Origin: Parasitella parasitica NRRL 2501
Taxonomy: Eukaryota > Fungi > Mucoromycota
Reading direction: 5' to 3'
DNA length: 64,000 nucleotides
Assembly: GCA_025201805.1 (NCBI GenBank)
Contig: MU619267.1
Coordinates: forward strand, 102,020-166,019
Shown here: piece after piece, positions 48,971 to 61,969 of the stretch
Numbering within the stretch: the stretch's first letter is position 1
How the letters are laid out: each line of letters begins with the position of its first letter
Program-made: the position numbers and the translations under genes
The notes under the pieces: model-generated
Seen by the model: the letters and a program-made list of their open reading frames with translations, nothing else
The model's database searches: none
What the model was told of the DNA's origin: nothing

Positions 48971-49715
48971 ATGCCAAAGCGTTCCTCCTCTGATTCTGAT
49001 CAAAATATAGCAGGCCCTAGCCACTGGCACATCAAGCGTTGTGCTTTATGCCATAAACTGGGCCATTCGAGAAACTAACATAATTCATGTCCTAAACAAT
49101 CCAAAAAACAGTGGTATCCCTGCAGATAATACAAATGCGGACGCTCAATCTGTTATAGAAAGCGAAGTAACTCCCACACCTCAAGTCAGTGTAAGTAGAA
49201 GTGCCTCATGTCAGCAATTAGGGCATACAGGAAGTGCCAACAGTTCTTGCACTAATAACCCAAGATCCTTCCGAAAGCACAACAGGCTCCGCTGACCCAA
49301 CAAACCCAACAAACCCATGATGTCCAAGAGCAACAAATGATTATGCCACACGAAATATTGCAAAGGATCCCGCAAACATTGCCCACTGAGAGAGATGACA
49401 GTATGAGTGTGGAGCGAACTAGCTGGGGAGCCTTGATGTAGATGGTTGAGAGGATCAAAATATTATCTAATACCAACCCTAGATTTCAACTATGCTGTGT
49501 AAACAGCTCTTTCAAGCTTTGACCTCTTAAACCAGCGCCACCTTTATTTGCTGATTTGCTAACAGGATCAACAAGCGAATGTAGAGAGTTCAGGAATAAT
49601 AAAAGGTCATATGACAGTGCGTAGTAGTTTACCTGCGGCTAGAAAACGTCCAACATTCTCTCAGGTTTACATTTATGATGCTGATAATGGGTTGGACAAT
49701 CGTCATGCTCACACA
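48971..49715 (+). pseudogene. Decayed Helitron RepHel N-terminal relic
   Basis: The knuckles KRCALCHKLGHSRN* and SCQQLGHTGSANSSC are followed by GALM*MVERIK...NPRFQLCC, EFRNNKRSYDSA and PTFSQVYIYDADNGLDNRH, with stops and frameshifts. Confidence 0.7.
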
Positions 49716-51021
49716 AGAATATTCTTAATTAGCTATTATATGGTATGTCGGTAGAAACGGGTTTCGCTAAAGAAAAGTTGTACTTTCTCTTCAAATTTTG
49801 GCCTTGTTTGTAAAATACGTGTTACAGTCAACGCCTTCACTTCGTTAGAACCGGAATCATTAACATGATCTTCTTATTTTCATCTGCTATTTTCTTTTAA
49901 TGATAGTATTCCCAACAGCAGTAAATTTTTTACAAATTAGCCATTAACTGCGTACCTATTTCATCTAAAAATCGATAATAGCCTTTTTTTATTTTTGCAA
50001 AGCTCCTCATTGATGTGTTCAAGTAATGTTGATTGCAAAAGTCTAAAATTTCTTGGGCGAGGCTGCGCATTCGTCTCTCCAAGGCTTAATCTCCTAATGT
50101 AGATGTTGTAACTTGGTATAGTAGTCTACAACCTTATTTTATAAAGGATTCTTGACATTTTAAAGTACTTGAAAAAGTACGAGAGCCAGAGATAGTGGAG
50201 ATATACAAATCATGCCGTTTTCCAACTAGTCTTATTGTGGTTCCTCGTGGCGTTTCAAGAGAATACAACGATTATAGCCTAGCCATGCCCCTCGATAACT
50301 CTCATCAAGAGTACATTGCTTCCTTAAAGCCTAGCGGAAGAAGTAAGGTCAAAGCAATTTGTTCTCCAGTTCTTGTTTTATTGCTTTTTTTTTTTTTTTT
50401 TTTTNNNNNNNNNNNNNNNNNNNNNNNNNNNNNNNNNNNNNNNNNNNNNNNNNNNNNNNNNNNNNNNNNNNNNNNNNNNNNNNNNNNNNNNNNNNNNNNN
50501 NNNNNNNNNNNNNNNNNNNNNNNNNNNNNNNNNNNNNNNNNNNNNNNNNNNNNNNNNNNNNNNNNNNNNNNNNNNNNNNNNNNNNNNNNNNNNNNNNNNN
50601 NNNNNNNNTTTTTTCAAAAAAAAAAAAAAAAAATCACTAACCTCTTCTAGTATTTTTGTGTCTTGACACCCTTCTCAATACAAAAACTGTTATGAGTAGC
50701 AGGCATCCGGCTCTGCAACAAGCAGCAATTTAGAATTACTATTTGTATTTTAACAGATACAATATAAGCGTACCCAGTACGTTACTGTATATAATCTTGA
50801 TGTAACCAAATATTCTCCTTTTGTCACACTTGATTTTCCAATTTAGACCATTTCCCAACAACCAATTTGTTTACATGAAATGCATTTGGTTAAGTTTATC
50901 ATAATCTCCACGTGATCTACTCCAATCACTTGCAGTGAAAATGCAGACCATGGACTAATTTTCTTCTTTCTTTTGTAAATTTTTCAAGATAAAAATAATA
51001 ATAATAACAAAAAAAAAAAAA

Positions 51022-52149
51022 ATGCCTGCAGTAGATAAAACCCAAAACAACGACATGGATCGCAAGTATGATATACATACAAAGTACCATCATCATGAAG
51101 GTACGAAGCAAGACTCAGACACAGCAGATAAATGTCAGCAACCAGGGTTACTACCGCCTCAAGCATTACTATCGACGCCTCCACCTCCACTACCCTCTGC
51201 AGAGGATACTTCCACACTATTATCGCCTTGGTGGTCGGAAGAAGCACAGGCTGAACCAGCCGATGAACTTAATGCTGAAGAGTACACTTCCGACACAACA
51301 GCGTCGACAACGACAGACTTCACAGCCCCCCCATTAGACTCCTCCTCTTTAGATTCAATCATACCAACACAAGAAATCAACAACAACAGTAGTGCGACTG
51401 AACAAGAGGCTAAAAAAGATTCTGGCATACTAAACATCTCCATACTCTCCTTTGGCAGGTCTGCGCCCAAAGAAAGTAAAGAGCAGTGGAAGGAACGCTG
51501 CTTATTATTAGCAACAACGACTGAATTACGAAAGAAGACCGAAACCAGCACTGTACAAAACGAACTGGAAGAAATATTCGACAAATCAAAAGAATGCAGC
51601 ATGATTTGTTTCTTGCGGACAAGCCGAGAGCTGACGAATAGGTCTTCGTTTACTCTAAATCCATTCTACGGTACATGGATATCTGTAGCGAAAACGCCCA
51701 AAAGATGCAAAGAACATTTATTAGATGGTATGTAGTCTACGCTTGCAGTAAACAATGGCTAGTTGCCTGTGCATTTATTAAAGTTCTTCAAAAGCAGGAG
51801 CTACATCCAAAAAGAGCTTCCCTGATTATTATACCATGGAAGTGGGTGAAGAACTGAGTCATTCCGGTGAATATGGTAAGTGTGATGATTGACACTTTAT
51901 CTTTGCAGATCATTGCATAGTAAACTTTAGTTGCTAGTTACCACAGCTGTTACAAAAACTTTTAGCCCATTGCAACATTTAACGCAGCGCTACATTGATT
52001 CGTGGAAGGACGGTAGTCAACAAGCATTCTTTTACAAGTTTTGGTCGAGTATGCAGAAGGGAGACGCACTTTATTTGGTTAGAGATAGTACAAAAAAATT
52101 ATTCGAAAATGCTTTGGGTCATGATAAGAAACCAAGTGATAAAAAATAA
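51022..52149 (+). CDS. Hypothetical protein, multi-exon
   Basis: A long S/T/E-rich first exon is followed by plausible GT-AG introns and a last exon ...FFYKFWSSMQKGDALYLVRDS. No family was recognised. Confidence 0.6.
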
Positions 52150-52154
52150 AACTG

Positions 52155-53204
52155 TTATTTCCAATACATTGATCCGCCCGCAGCAGAAGACGGTTGGGTC
52201 AACGTACAAAAATTATACACAAACAGTACAATGCCGAGTGGGAAGCAGCTGTAGATGATGAGCTTTTGAACTGTAGATCGATGATGATTGCCGCCGAGAT
52301 CAGGAAATCCCATCACATTGCAGAATGAATGACAGAATACTGGTGGCCATAGGCTGCCTATCCGGATAAACAGATAGCTCGCATACCATCCGAATATTGT
52401 TGTGTAGGCAAACTGGAATAAGGACGAAAAGAGCGCCTGCTGGAATGCTTGTCGAGTGCGGCCTAGTTTATTGTAATTATCCAAGGCATGATGCAAATGT
52501 GCTATGTATAGGGGGAGGGGGGGGGGTTTGGCAATTAAAAATTCAGTCTCTTGTCATGCTGCCGCTGATGCTGCTGCTGTGAATCACGATCCTCGTGCTC
52601 TTACCTATTCCGAAATAGAGTGGCGATATAAAGATCAGGTAATTTTTAGAGTAATTGGCCTGATGTAAAACTGCAATAATGCATGCTCTAAATACAAATT
52701 CTTCGGTCAAAGGAGCCTATATTTACACAGCACGTCGTTAAATAGAATCACACGGTACGACAAAAGCTGCTACTTCTTTTTTTTGTTTTTGTTTACCACT
52801 ACATAATTACGTTGTCCCAGTAGACTCATTAAATTCATCTTGACATCTTGCTCAAAGCTGAAATATATTTGAAAAGGGAGTTCCTGGTCAAAATACATGA
52901 CAGATAAAGGCCCCAAAAACAGCATACCCGTGAGCAGTAGTGGCTTTAAACAACAGGTCTCTAAAGGCTGCTGTTTCACTCCTAATGCCGAGACAGCGCT
53001 TTCTTTAGCTTCACTAGCCTGTAAGAGGTACCAAACAACGCTGGCTGACACAAATGAAGCAACAGCAACGGCTTTCATACGTGCTAAAATCACACGTGGG
53101 TCGTTACGGTTGCCAGGAGTTTTGAAGATGTAGAAGCCAGTGACATAAATTAGCGTGAAGCCAATACATACCAGGTTGGCCAGCCAGGCTGTAATAATTA
53201 GCAT
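52155..53204 (-). CDS. RCE1: CAAX prenyl protease 2 (Rce1/Abi family)
   Basis: RNDPRVILARM, RNYVV-APLTEEFVFRAC, ISPLYFGI-AHLHH, QFAYTTIFGWY and HSFCNVMGFP. Confidence 0.93.
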
Positions 53205-54821
53205 TGTGGGCAAAATGTCTAGAAAAAAGGGAAAAATAATTAAATACAAAGTGTGCTGCAGATTTAAATTAAGCCGCCCTCATCTTCCTCCTCTCCTTCT
53301 TCTGTCCTCGCTCTCCTCCTCATCGTCAAACTCTCCTCATTCCGCTTTTACCACCGACTCTCTTTGAAAGCTCCATAATCTGTCCTAACATGTTGCGCCA
53401 GACCTTAAAAATAACATTTGAGACGGCATCATTCGATGACCCTTGAGCACATTATATAATCAAAATCACACGAGTTTGGCGCAACAAGCCAGATGTTTTC
53501 AATTGTGGCGTCATTTCATGTGTGAGAGCCATTCTACTTTAAACCAAAATCTACTACAAGCATGGCGTTGATTAGCACCCGCAATTAGGCCTGCTGACGT
53601 CGATGGCCAAGCTGCCACCTGTTGATTCAAGTGGGAGTCAATATAGTAACGACAATTGGTGAATAATGTCAAATTTGTCATCAAGTAAGGTACCACACTT
53701 ACTCGAACTTTTTATTCTAAAAACGGCTTTTCGGGTAACTGCCTTTTCATTGCGCGATTTGGCCGGATGGAAACGTAAAAAGTAAATTATGAAGGTCAAT
53801 TTCTTTGTGGACATGTCTAAGTCATGTAAAATGATTAGGTATTTGCAAGTTAGCAAGTTAATCACTGCTTCAACAAAAATTTATTGAGCTAGCAATACTG
53901 CCACATCTGCTATAAACATATAAGGCTGAAAGAGTGTACTCTGAATTATTACTTGATACAAACATCAAGTTCACAAAGTGCCCCCCCCCAAGACATACTC
54001 CGGTAGAATGGCACAGAAGAGAGCAGGATACTGTTGTCTATTTATTATGACGAACATTGTTGATAGACTAAAATTAATTTTTAGTTCGAGCAGCTATTGG
54101 ATGCTCAAGAGCTCAAAGATTCGTTAAATTGTTTGTTTGCCGTTGTTATAGGCAAAGGACTCCTTAAGAGTACTTGTTTTTTTCTGGCTCACAACTGTCG
54201 CCAGGTTGCGCCATTTCTCCGTACAGTTTCGGTGTAAGGGTAATGTCTCTATTCAGAGTAAACAGCAAAAAGCAGTAATATTACTGCAAAATTGCTGCAA
54301 AATACCACGATATAGCCAATAGAAAGCCATCTAAGAGACAATCAGAGGCGCATGCTGAATCCGCAAAAGTTGCCAGAAATCATCACTGTTCCCCGTAGCC
54401 GTTTGTTTTGCAACTATTGTCAGAGTCTGCTTTGTTAAGCCATTTCGAGTGTTGATTATTCAATTTAAAATATGTTTTCTGGCGTTGGTTGCTTTCAAAG
54501 CTACTAGAAGCAATGAGCGGAAGACCTCTGAATGTGGGTGAAATCTTATGCTAACCAAAAGCTGAATCACCTCAATCTAATTAACTACAAACTGCTATTA
54601 TATAATGTGAGAATCATAAAAGTAACTCAAAATACTTGTTTGTGGTTGTAATCTGTGAATGTGTATGATTTATAAAGCCTTCAAGTTTTTGCGCTCTTGG
54701 GAAGGGGGCAGAGAAACTGTCATTGCACAAAATGTGGGCGGAGGCAAACAAACAAACCCACCTACCCACGCGCAGCAGAGGTTTTGCTTGATTTTTCTTC
54801 TTTCACCACTATCAAAAAATA

Positions 54822-55775
54822 ATGTCTGATCAGCAAGAATCCTCCAGCAGCAGACCAACTTGGAATATACCTTCAGTAGAAGAGATCGAGAGACGTAAAA
54901 CAGAACAAGCAAAGAAAACATTATCCTTTTTTAAAGGAAAACGAGCCATCAGCCAAGCAACCTCTGACGAGAACAATGCTTCTTCTGTTGCTTCTACTAC
55001 AACAGCAGCAACAGCATCGACACTGACTACTAGCACGCCTTCTCTTAATAATACAACCATTACTTCTGCAGCACCACCTTCAAGATCTAGCACCTCTTCA
55101 TCTGTTGGCAGAACAGCGACAACCTTGCCAATCCGCCGGACAACTGGAAATTCAATTCTTGTGAACCCAACGCAAGAGAAAAATCCCATCTTGAAGCATG
55201 TTCATAATGTACCTTGGGAGCCGTCGGGATCCATCAAAGTAGACTATGTAGTTGGCCAGACTACCGGTGTCATATATCTCAGTCTGCGCTACCATAGATT
55301 ATACCCAACGTATATATACGATCGGTTAAACGCTACAAAGAGTTTGTATGTGAATCGTATTCTTCTAGTCTATATTGACGTGGACAGCTATCACGATGCG
55401 CTGCGTGAGATTAACCGGATTGCCATACTGAGCGATTTCACACTAATGCTAGCCTGGAGCCCGGAAGAGGCAGCACGTTATTTAGAAACATACAAAGCAT
55501 TTGAAAACAAGGCGCCTGACATGATCCGAGAAAGAGTGGATGATGAATACTTTGCTAAAATCACAGACTGTTTGACTCAAATACGAAGCGTGAACAAGAC
55601 GGACGTTTTGACACTGCTATCCACATTTGGATCATTGAAGCAAATAGCCGAAGCAAGCACAGACGCATTGGCCATGTGTCCTGGTTTTGGTGAGCAGAAA
55701 GTGAAGCGACTACAACAAACTTGGAAGCAGCCGTTTCTAGCAAACAAGAAACAAAAAAAAGGACATTACAAGTAG
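54822..55775 (+). CDS. ERCC1: ERCC1/Rad10/Swi10 excision-repair endonuclease subunit
   Basis: ILVNPTQEKNPIL, YLSLRYHRLYPTYI, AWSPEEAARYLETYK and the HhH segments LTQIRSVNKTD and CPGFGEQKV. Confidence 0.95.
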   Translation: MSDQQESSSSRPTWNIPSVEEIERRKTEQAKKTLSFFKGKRAISQATSDENNASSVASTTTAATASTLTTSTPSLNNTTITSAAPPSRSSTSSSVGRTATTLPIRRTTGNSILVNPTQEKNPILKHVHNVPWEPSGSIKVDYVVGQTTGVIYLSLRYHRLYPTYIYDRLNATKSLYVNRILLVYIDVDSYHDALREINRIAILSDFTLMLAWSPEEAARYLETYKAFENKAPDMIRERVDDEYFAKITDCLTQIRSVNKTDVLTLLSTFGSLKQIAEASTDALAMCPGFGEQKVKRLQQTWKQPFLANKKQKKGHYK

Positions 55776-56033
55776 AACTAGTAGTCTAGTGGGGGGAGGG
55801 AAGATTTTTTAATGAAAAGAAAAGAAAAGAAAAAGGTCAAAGTTTTCATATTACAAGAGAAACACACATTAACATAAGAAGAAGAAAAGAAGAAAAGAAG
55901 AAAGGAATATGAGTATGAAGATGAATAAAATCAAAAATGTAGCATAATAAGTATTAAAGTAGTATGTAGCCTTACAAATAAATTACAGAAATAAAGATGG
56001 GAAAACGAGAGTAAGAGTAGAGTGTTCAAAAAG

Positions 56034-57396
56034 TTAAGACCTCCAGGAAGAGATGTCCTCGTCCTTGACAGATGCATTGATGACTAGCGAGTTTCTGATG
56101 TTTTGATTAAAGTTGAAGGAGCAAGGATTCATAATCATTGAGCGGCAACTTTTGAGTGTCTTGTGGGTTGTGGTGGTAGGATGATTGTAATCAGACGATA
56201 CAGGTGTATCAACCTCCTCGATCAACGAGGGTTCAAACATCATATCGTCATCATCATCTTCGTCATACAGCATGTATTCGTTACTAAAGAACGAGATCTC
56301 TGACTCGTATGGGATATCACGCTCGTCCTCTGCTATGTAAGAATAGCCTCGGAAAGCATGCTCTTTTAGACCTTGAGGACAGCTATCAGGCAGCCAGCGT
56401 TGTCTCAACATGATGGCTTCATCGTTTTCCTCCTGGAGATGTGTCGACATCCCCAAAAAGTCGGGGTCAAAGTTGCTCAAGTCAGTTTCACCTTTACGCA
56501 AAGGTATGTAGCATGGCTGAATGCGTTTAGCATGGACATCTTTCCAATTGAGATGATTGGCAAAATACGCATGCGTGCGCAACTCGAATACGCCGCCAAA
56601 ACCAGCGCCGAGTCGATTTATTGGATCACGCTCTAGCAAACCAGCTATGAGATCCATAGCTTCGGGATCAAATTTGTTTGGAAACAAGAGATCGTCGTAA
56701 AGAACTCTGTCGTACATTTCTTCTGGCGTATCTGCAGCAAACGGAGTGACGCCTATCAGCATTTCGTACAGCATAGTACCGAGGCTCCAGAAATCAGCAG
56801 CGTATGAATACTCGTCGTCTTGCAGGATAATTTCGGGAGCCAAGTATTCAGGAGTTCCGCAAAATGTGGTTGTACGATGGTCGTATTTGTTTTCAGAGTC
56901 TTGAAACATTTTGGACAGCCCAAAATCTGTTAGTACGATATGACCATCAGCAGCCAACAAGACGTTTTCAGGCTTCAAATCTCTGCAAAAGACAAAGAAA
57001 ACTAGGTTGGAATACGCTCCTCACGACCCCGAATGTATGCCATGTACTTTACCTGTACAAGATGCAGTGACGATGTAATTCTTGAAGCCCCATTACGATT
57101 TCAGCAGCATAAAGACGGCATTGTTCAGCAGGAAAGCGGACGTAACGCTGTAAAAGCGTGGCTAAATCAGCACCTGCATGATAGTCCAATACCAAATATA
57201 GGTTTTGACGGTCTTGGAAAGCACTGTTCAGTCGGATCAAAAATGGATGGTGGATAGCAGACAGCGATGCCAAAATATCCCGTTCCATTTTAATATGCTC
57301 TACTTCTCGCTTTGTGATACTCCAGGATTTGGTGATTGCCTTGAGGGCGAATAGACGATGGGAAGTTTGCTCTCTTACTAAGATGACCTATTGTGA

Positions 57397-57457
<61 letters not shown>

Positions 57458-58399
57458 GTAGCTGATTATTATAGTAATACCTTTCCAGTTGCACCCTTTC
57501 CGAGAACTTTGATAAGTTGATAATCATTAATCGTGTCGTTATTGTTGTTTGTTATGGGTTCATTCTGATTATAGTAAAAAGTGCTATCCGTGCTTCCAGC
57601 AGCCGGTGCTTCAGGAGGCGTAATGGATGAACACATCATTTCATCATTGATAGATTCGCTAAAGCGGCTGTCGTGAAGGTCATAGTAGTCTGGAAATTGA
57701 GTGATTGAGATGGAAGAAGGTGGCGAGGGAGGCAGTTCCTGCTGCTGTGGACAGTCGGATTTCTTTCTCTTCAATGATGATGCCATAGGGTCAATAGCAA
57801 TTGTGTTTTGTGAAACTTCATGTTGTGCCACCAGCTCAAGCACTTGCGCTTTTGAAATGACACGATCTTCATCCCTTTGTGCCGACAAGAAATCACGAAA
57901 CAGTGATGACCTACCAATGACGGTAGATAAACAATTAGAGAGGTAGGCTTCTAACAGCTGCGAATTGGATCTCTTCTTTTTCTTGAAGGTGTTCAGTAGT
58001 GACTTTTTGCTGTTATCTTGTGTCAATTTCGGCAATGGGATCCGATGTTTGGGGAAGTATTGAAAAAGCTAAGATAGGAAATATGTTATTCTCCAGGTTA
58101 CTATAAAAGTGCTTTTGATTTGTTTACCAGATCATCCAGCTCTTTGAAATCCTGGACGAAGCGAACCAAAGAGAGGTGGTTTGAGTCATCCTCGAGCATG
58201 ATATGAAAGACCTACGTGCAAAAATCAGTCAGACATCACCAGGTGCACAATTGTGTTTGTTATATTTTACATTGCACGCATGTCCAGATACTTTTAAGTG
58301 GGTTTCAATCACTGCAATGCGGATGGATGACGGCTTTTGGTGGAAATTCCATGTTTTACTGTGCAGTGTGGATGTGGATGTGGATGTGGATGCAGGCAT
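56034..58399 (-). CDS. PX-domain AGC kinase (SGK3/CISK- or Ypk-like), multi-exon
   Basis: The N-terminal PX-like segment reads [33 protein letters not shown]. Kinase motifs are [19 protein letters not shown] and [12 protein letters not shown], and the hydrophobic motif is FRGYSY. Confidence 0.88.
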
Positions 58400-58709
58400 G
58401 ATGAAAAGAAAGAAATGAAGATGATAAAGTATATGGAAAAGAAAGAAACAAAAAGAGACAAAAAGAGGAAAAATGCCATCGCTTTATATTTGGAAATAAA
58501 AAAAAAATGACAACAATGATCAAACATTGCGGTAACACACGTATTCTTTTTTTTTTTTGCACGCATACTGTTTGTGCTCCTTTTTAGTAAAGCAATAAAT
58601 GCTGCTTAAATGATTTCATATGCATGGACCGTATCAAATGCATTCGGTAAGATACAAGCTAGAGCCTATCGATCATCGTCGCCCATATTTTGCATTTACC
58701 CACTCTGTG

Positions 58710-58801
<92 letters not shown>

Positions 58802-58811
58802 NNNNNNNNNN

Positions 58812-58872
<61 letters not shown>

Positions 58873-60252
58873 GCCAGCTCAGTTCCATGCCCAAATGTGC
58901 GGCTGCAGAATCAAACTTATGAGCTTGTGATTTTGACCACAATTCTAATGTCCATATCACAAACATTTGATATGTAATCATATTTTGCCATCACCATTCA
59001 GATCCCCTGAGGCAAACTCCTATACATCGTGATTGTGCCACCCTGGCTATGAGCCATTATGGTATTTGCGTGTGTTGCTGCTACTGTCTTGGTACTGCAT
59101 TTCAGGAAGGTCATTGAGCATAAATAGCTTATCCCTTTATTAGTATGCTAGCCTTTCTTCTCCTAATACGCAATTGAATCAAAAGAAGAGGCCAAAGCGA
59201 GCATTATTCTATATTCGTACACGTGTTTGCTACACAAGGATTAGGGACAGCGTGACCCATGCGTTGGATGCGTGCAAACATATATGCTAATATGACTCTT
59301 GCAACCATACGATCGAACCTTGATCCCATTTATATCACTTGGGAAAATAAAGCTCTGTTTCCGTGCACTTGCCATATTCAATGCAATAAACGAAGAGGCC
59401 TTACTGACATTGAATTGTTACGACGGCTTATGCATCATCATGTAAATGCTTTCTTTGCGTGCTTCTCTTTTTATCATATGTTTCCTATACATTGGACGTT
59501 TACTTTCTTGCTTTTCCTTTTACCAGGAAGCTTACCTCGTTTTGCTCAAAATTAACTTTTTCTTTTTGATCGACCTTATATATCCTAATATCAAAACAGA
59601 TCGACATTTTTGTAAAACCAACACTGAAGCTTGCCAAGAAAGTTAATTCGGTGTTTATCATTAAAAAAGAATATTTGATCTTGTAATTGTTAATGTCAGT
59701 GCATTATGTATCATTTGTGATCAATGACAAATATATTATATTTTTTAAAAAAAAGGAATTCGATTCTGCTCCCCTAATTTTCATATTGCTGCTGCAGCTG
59801 CAATTGCGGAGCCTCCATGCGCATACATCCATCATTCTCACTGCATTCATGCATGTATGTGCACATAATTAATACTCGCATCATATAGCCACCTCATCAA
59901 AATACACGGTCTTGATTATTGTTTCGTACATATACACCAGAGAAAATTCATATCCTTGTTTTATGCTCACTGTCAGTAGTTAAAAAGGCTACATACGCAA
60001 TTGACTATAATAGTGTGTGTTGTTCATTTGGCAGAACTGTTCCTTACTGTGCTTTAAAAATACATAAATTTAAAAAAGAAGTACAAACCTCCCTTAAAAT
60101 TAGCCTATATATAGTATACAATATGTGAAATAGTGAATGTGGGAGCTTTATATTTGTATACCTATATCATTCATACAACAAGACGGCTGTTCAGCCAGTT
60201 AGTGTAACAATTATCTAGCCATCCAAATCTGAATTCTTTGATCGATCTTTCT

Positions 60253-60832
60253 AAAAACTGCGTTTTTATTGATTAGGCTGGTTTTGATGTCAATCTGAAA
60301 CCAAGTAAAGCCTGGACTTCTAGGGGACAAATGGCAGTGACCATCACTCGAAAAGAGCACCTCCTCATATTATTCTTGATGCTACATCTTCTGTAGGAGT
60401 GATTAACTCAAGTATTCGTGTACCAAAGCAATCTCCAAAAGCAAGGAAGATACAGGGGGGGGTGCAAAAGAAAAAAAAAACCTGGTAGCCTCTAATGAAG
60501 ATGGTCCAAAAGGCTCAACAGCTGGTCATTTCGTGCGATTCTTGCGAGAAACCATGAATACTTTAGACAAGTACGACCAAATGAGAGAGTATTATATAAT
60601 TATGGATAATGCACCAATTCATAAACAAATAGAAGATATTCTCAATGAGAGAAATAAAGACTATAAGTGTGTGTATCTTGCCCATAATTCTCCAGAGCTC
60701 AATCCCATCGAGCAATTTTGGACTTTAGTTAACCGCAAGGTTAGACATCAAAAGCTCAAAGATACCGAAATCTTGAAAGAAAGAACTATTGGGGCCGCAT
60801 ATGAAGTTTCTATTCAATATCTTAAATCGTAA
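60253..60832 (+). pseudogene. Tc1/mariner-IS630 (DDE_3) transposase relic
   Basis: NCVFID*AGF (first catalytic D followed by a stop), YIIMDNAPIHK and YLAHNSPELNPIEQFW, with frameshifts between the blocks. Confidence 0.9.
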
Positions 60833-61492
60833 CCCAATTTAAAACCATTTAAAATAAATTGTGAAATGATAATCCACGAAATGAGCTTCAAACAATTGGT
60901 GAATGTTACTTGTTAAGTCCCAGAAGTAGTATACACATTGTTAGTTTCTCCCTTTCCAGAAAATCAAAATTTTCAAGTACTTCTAGTAAGTATGCGGACT
61001 GCACCCTGAATATAGCCCTTGAATAAAGATTGGTTATTTTAACTTCAAAAGCTCAAGTCTTTTAAATGGTCTATTCGAACGTTCTCCTTCTTCAAGGCTC
61101 CATCAACCAAATAAATTTTTTAATGGTGCAGAAGATCGCAGTGTCCAGGGCTACGTCTGCTGACGACAACGAGGATGAAAATGTGGCAAAAAGCTCCAAA
61201 AGCTGCGCTTTTTCTTCTATAGAATACTTAATGAAACTATCCTCTTCAAAAATTATCTTTGAAAATTACTTCGAAAGGCGTAATGGGCTCAATTTGCACA
61301 ATATAATGAATAGGGTGGGTTTGTGGGATAGAGAAAAATATGAAAAAAATAAGTTAGGGCACCGGGCTACATGCTGCAGACTAATGGCTACCTCCAATCG
61401 CTTAATCTCCACCACGGGGATCTTTAATAGGATACTGCCGCTGGCTCCCTTATCCTACGTTTATACTGTTGTATCCATATAAAGGTTACATA

Positions 61493-61969
61493 CAGTAGCC
61501 GCTCGATTTAAGGCTGTTCGATATAAGGCTATTCACGATATAAGGCTAAAATTTTTGTGAATTTTTTTTTTAAGCAGGGAGTTAGCCTTATTAGCCTTAT
61601 TCGATATAAAGCTGAAAAATTTCGAAATTTTAGCCTTATTTTACAGTAAATTGACGGTATTTAAATTTGTGTTGTGTTGGAAACTGAGCATTATGCTACA
61701 GATTTCGTACTTTTGCTCGATAGTGAGACGCTCTCTTGATTGTTGATTAATGCTCATAGTATAATTGTTTGTCAAAATATGCTTTTTTAAGAATAAAGTA
61801 AATGGATCAGATTGGACATGTGTCAAATTAATCTAATAGCTGTAGTACCGTATCAACTATGCCGGTGACTGTTTTAAGAGTAATAGTCACATGCACGATA
61901 TAAGGCTATGTTCGATATAAGGCTAAAAAAAGCTTGCAAAAAAAGTAGCCTTAAATCGAGCGGCTACTG
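61493..61969. mobile_element. 477-bp pogo/Tigger-derived MITE with perfect 23-bp TIRs and TA flanks
   Basis: TA-CAGTAGCCGCTCGATTTAAGGCT ... AGCCTTAAATCGAGCGGCTACTG-TA, with subterminal CGATATAAGGCT repeats. An internal minus-strand ORF stub reads MSINQQSRERLTIEQKYEIC. Confidence 0.92.

Noticed and set aside
53400-54650. Possible decayed gene between RCE1 and ERCC1
   Set aside because: All frames are broken by stops and no family could be assigned.
58709-58870. Very long poly-A run and poly-K/poly-F ORFs
   Set aside because: The run straddles an N gap. The same pattern recurs at 308, 4089, 16027, 45824, 48477 and 50405, so these are assembly artifacts at homopolymers, not retro-tails or proteins.
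61066-61482. 138-aa plus-strand ORF
   Set aside because: It has no motif or splice support, and the opposite strand looks more protein-like but is broken.
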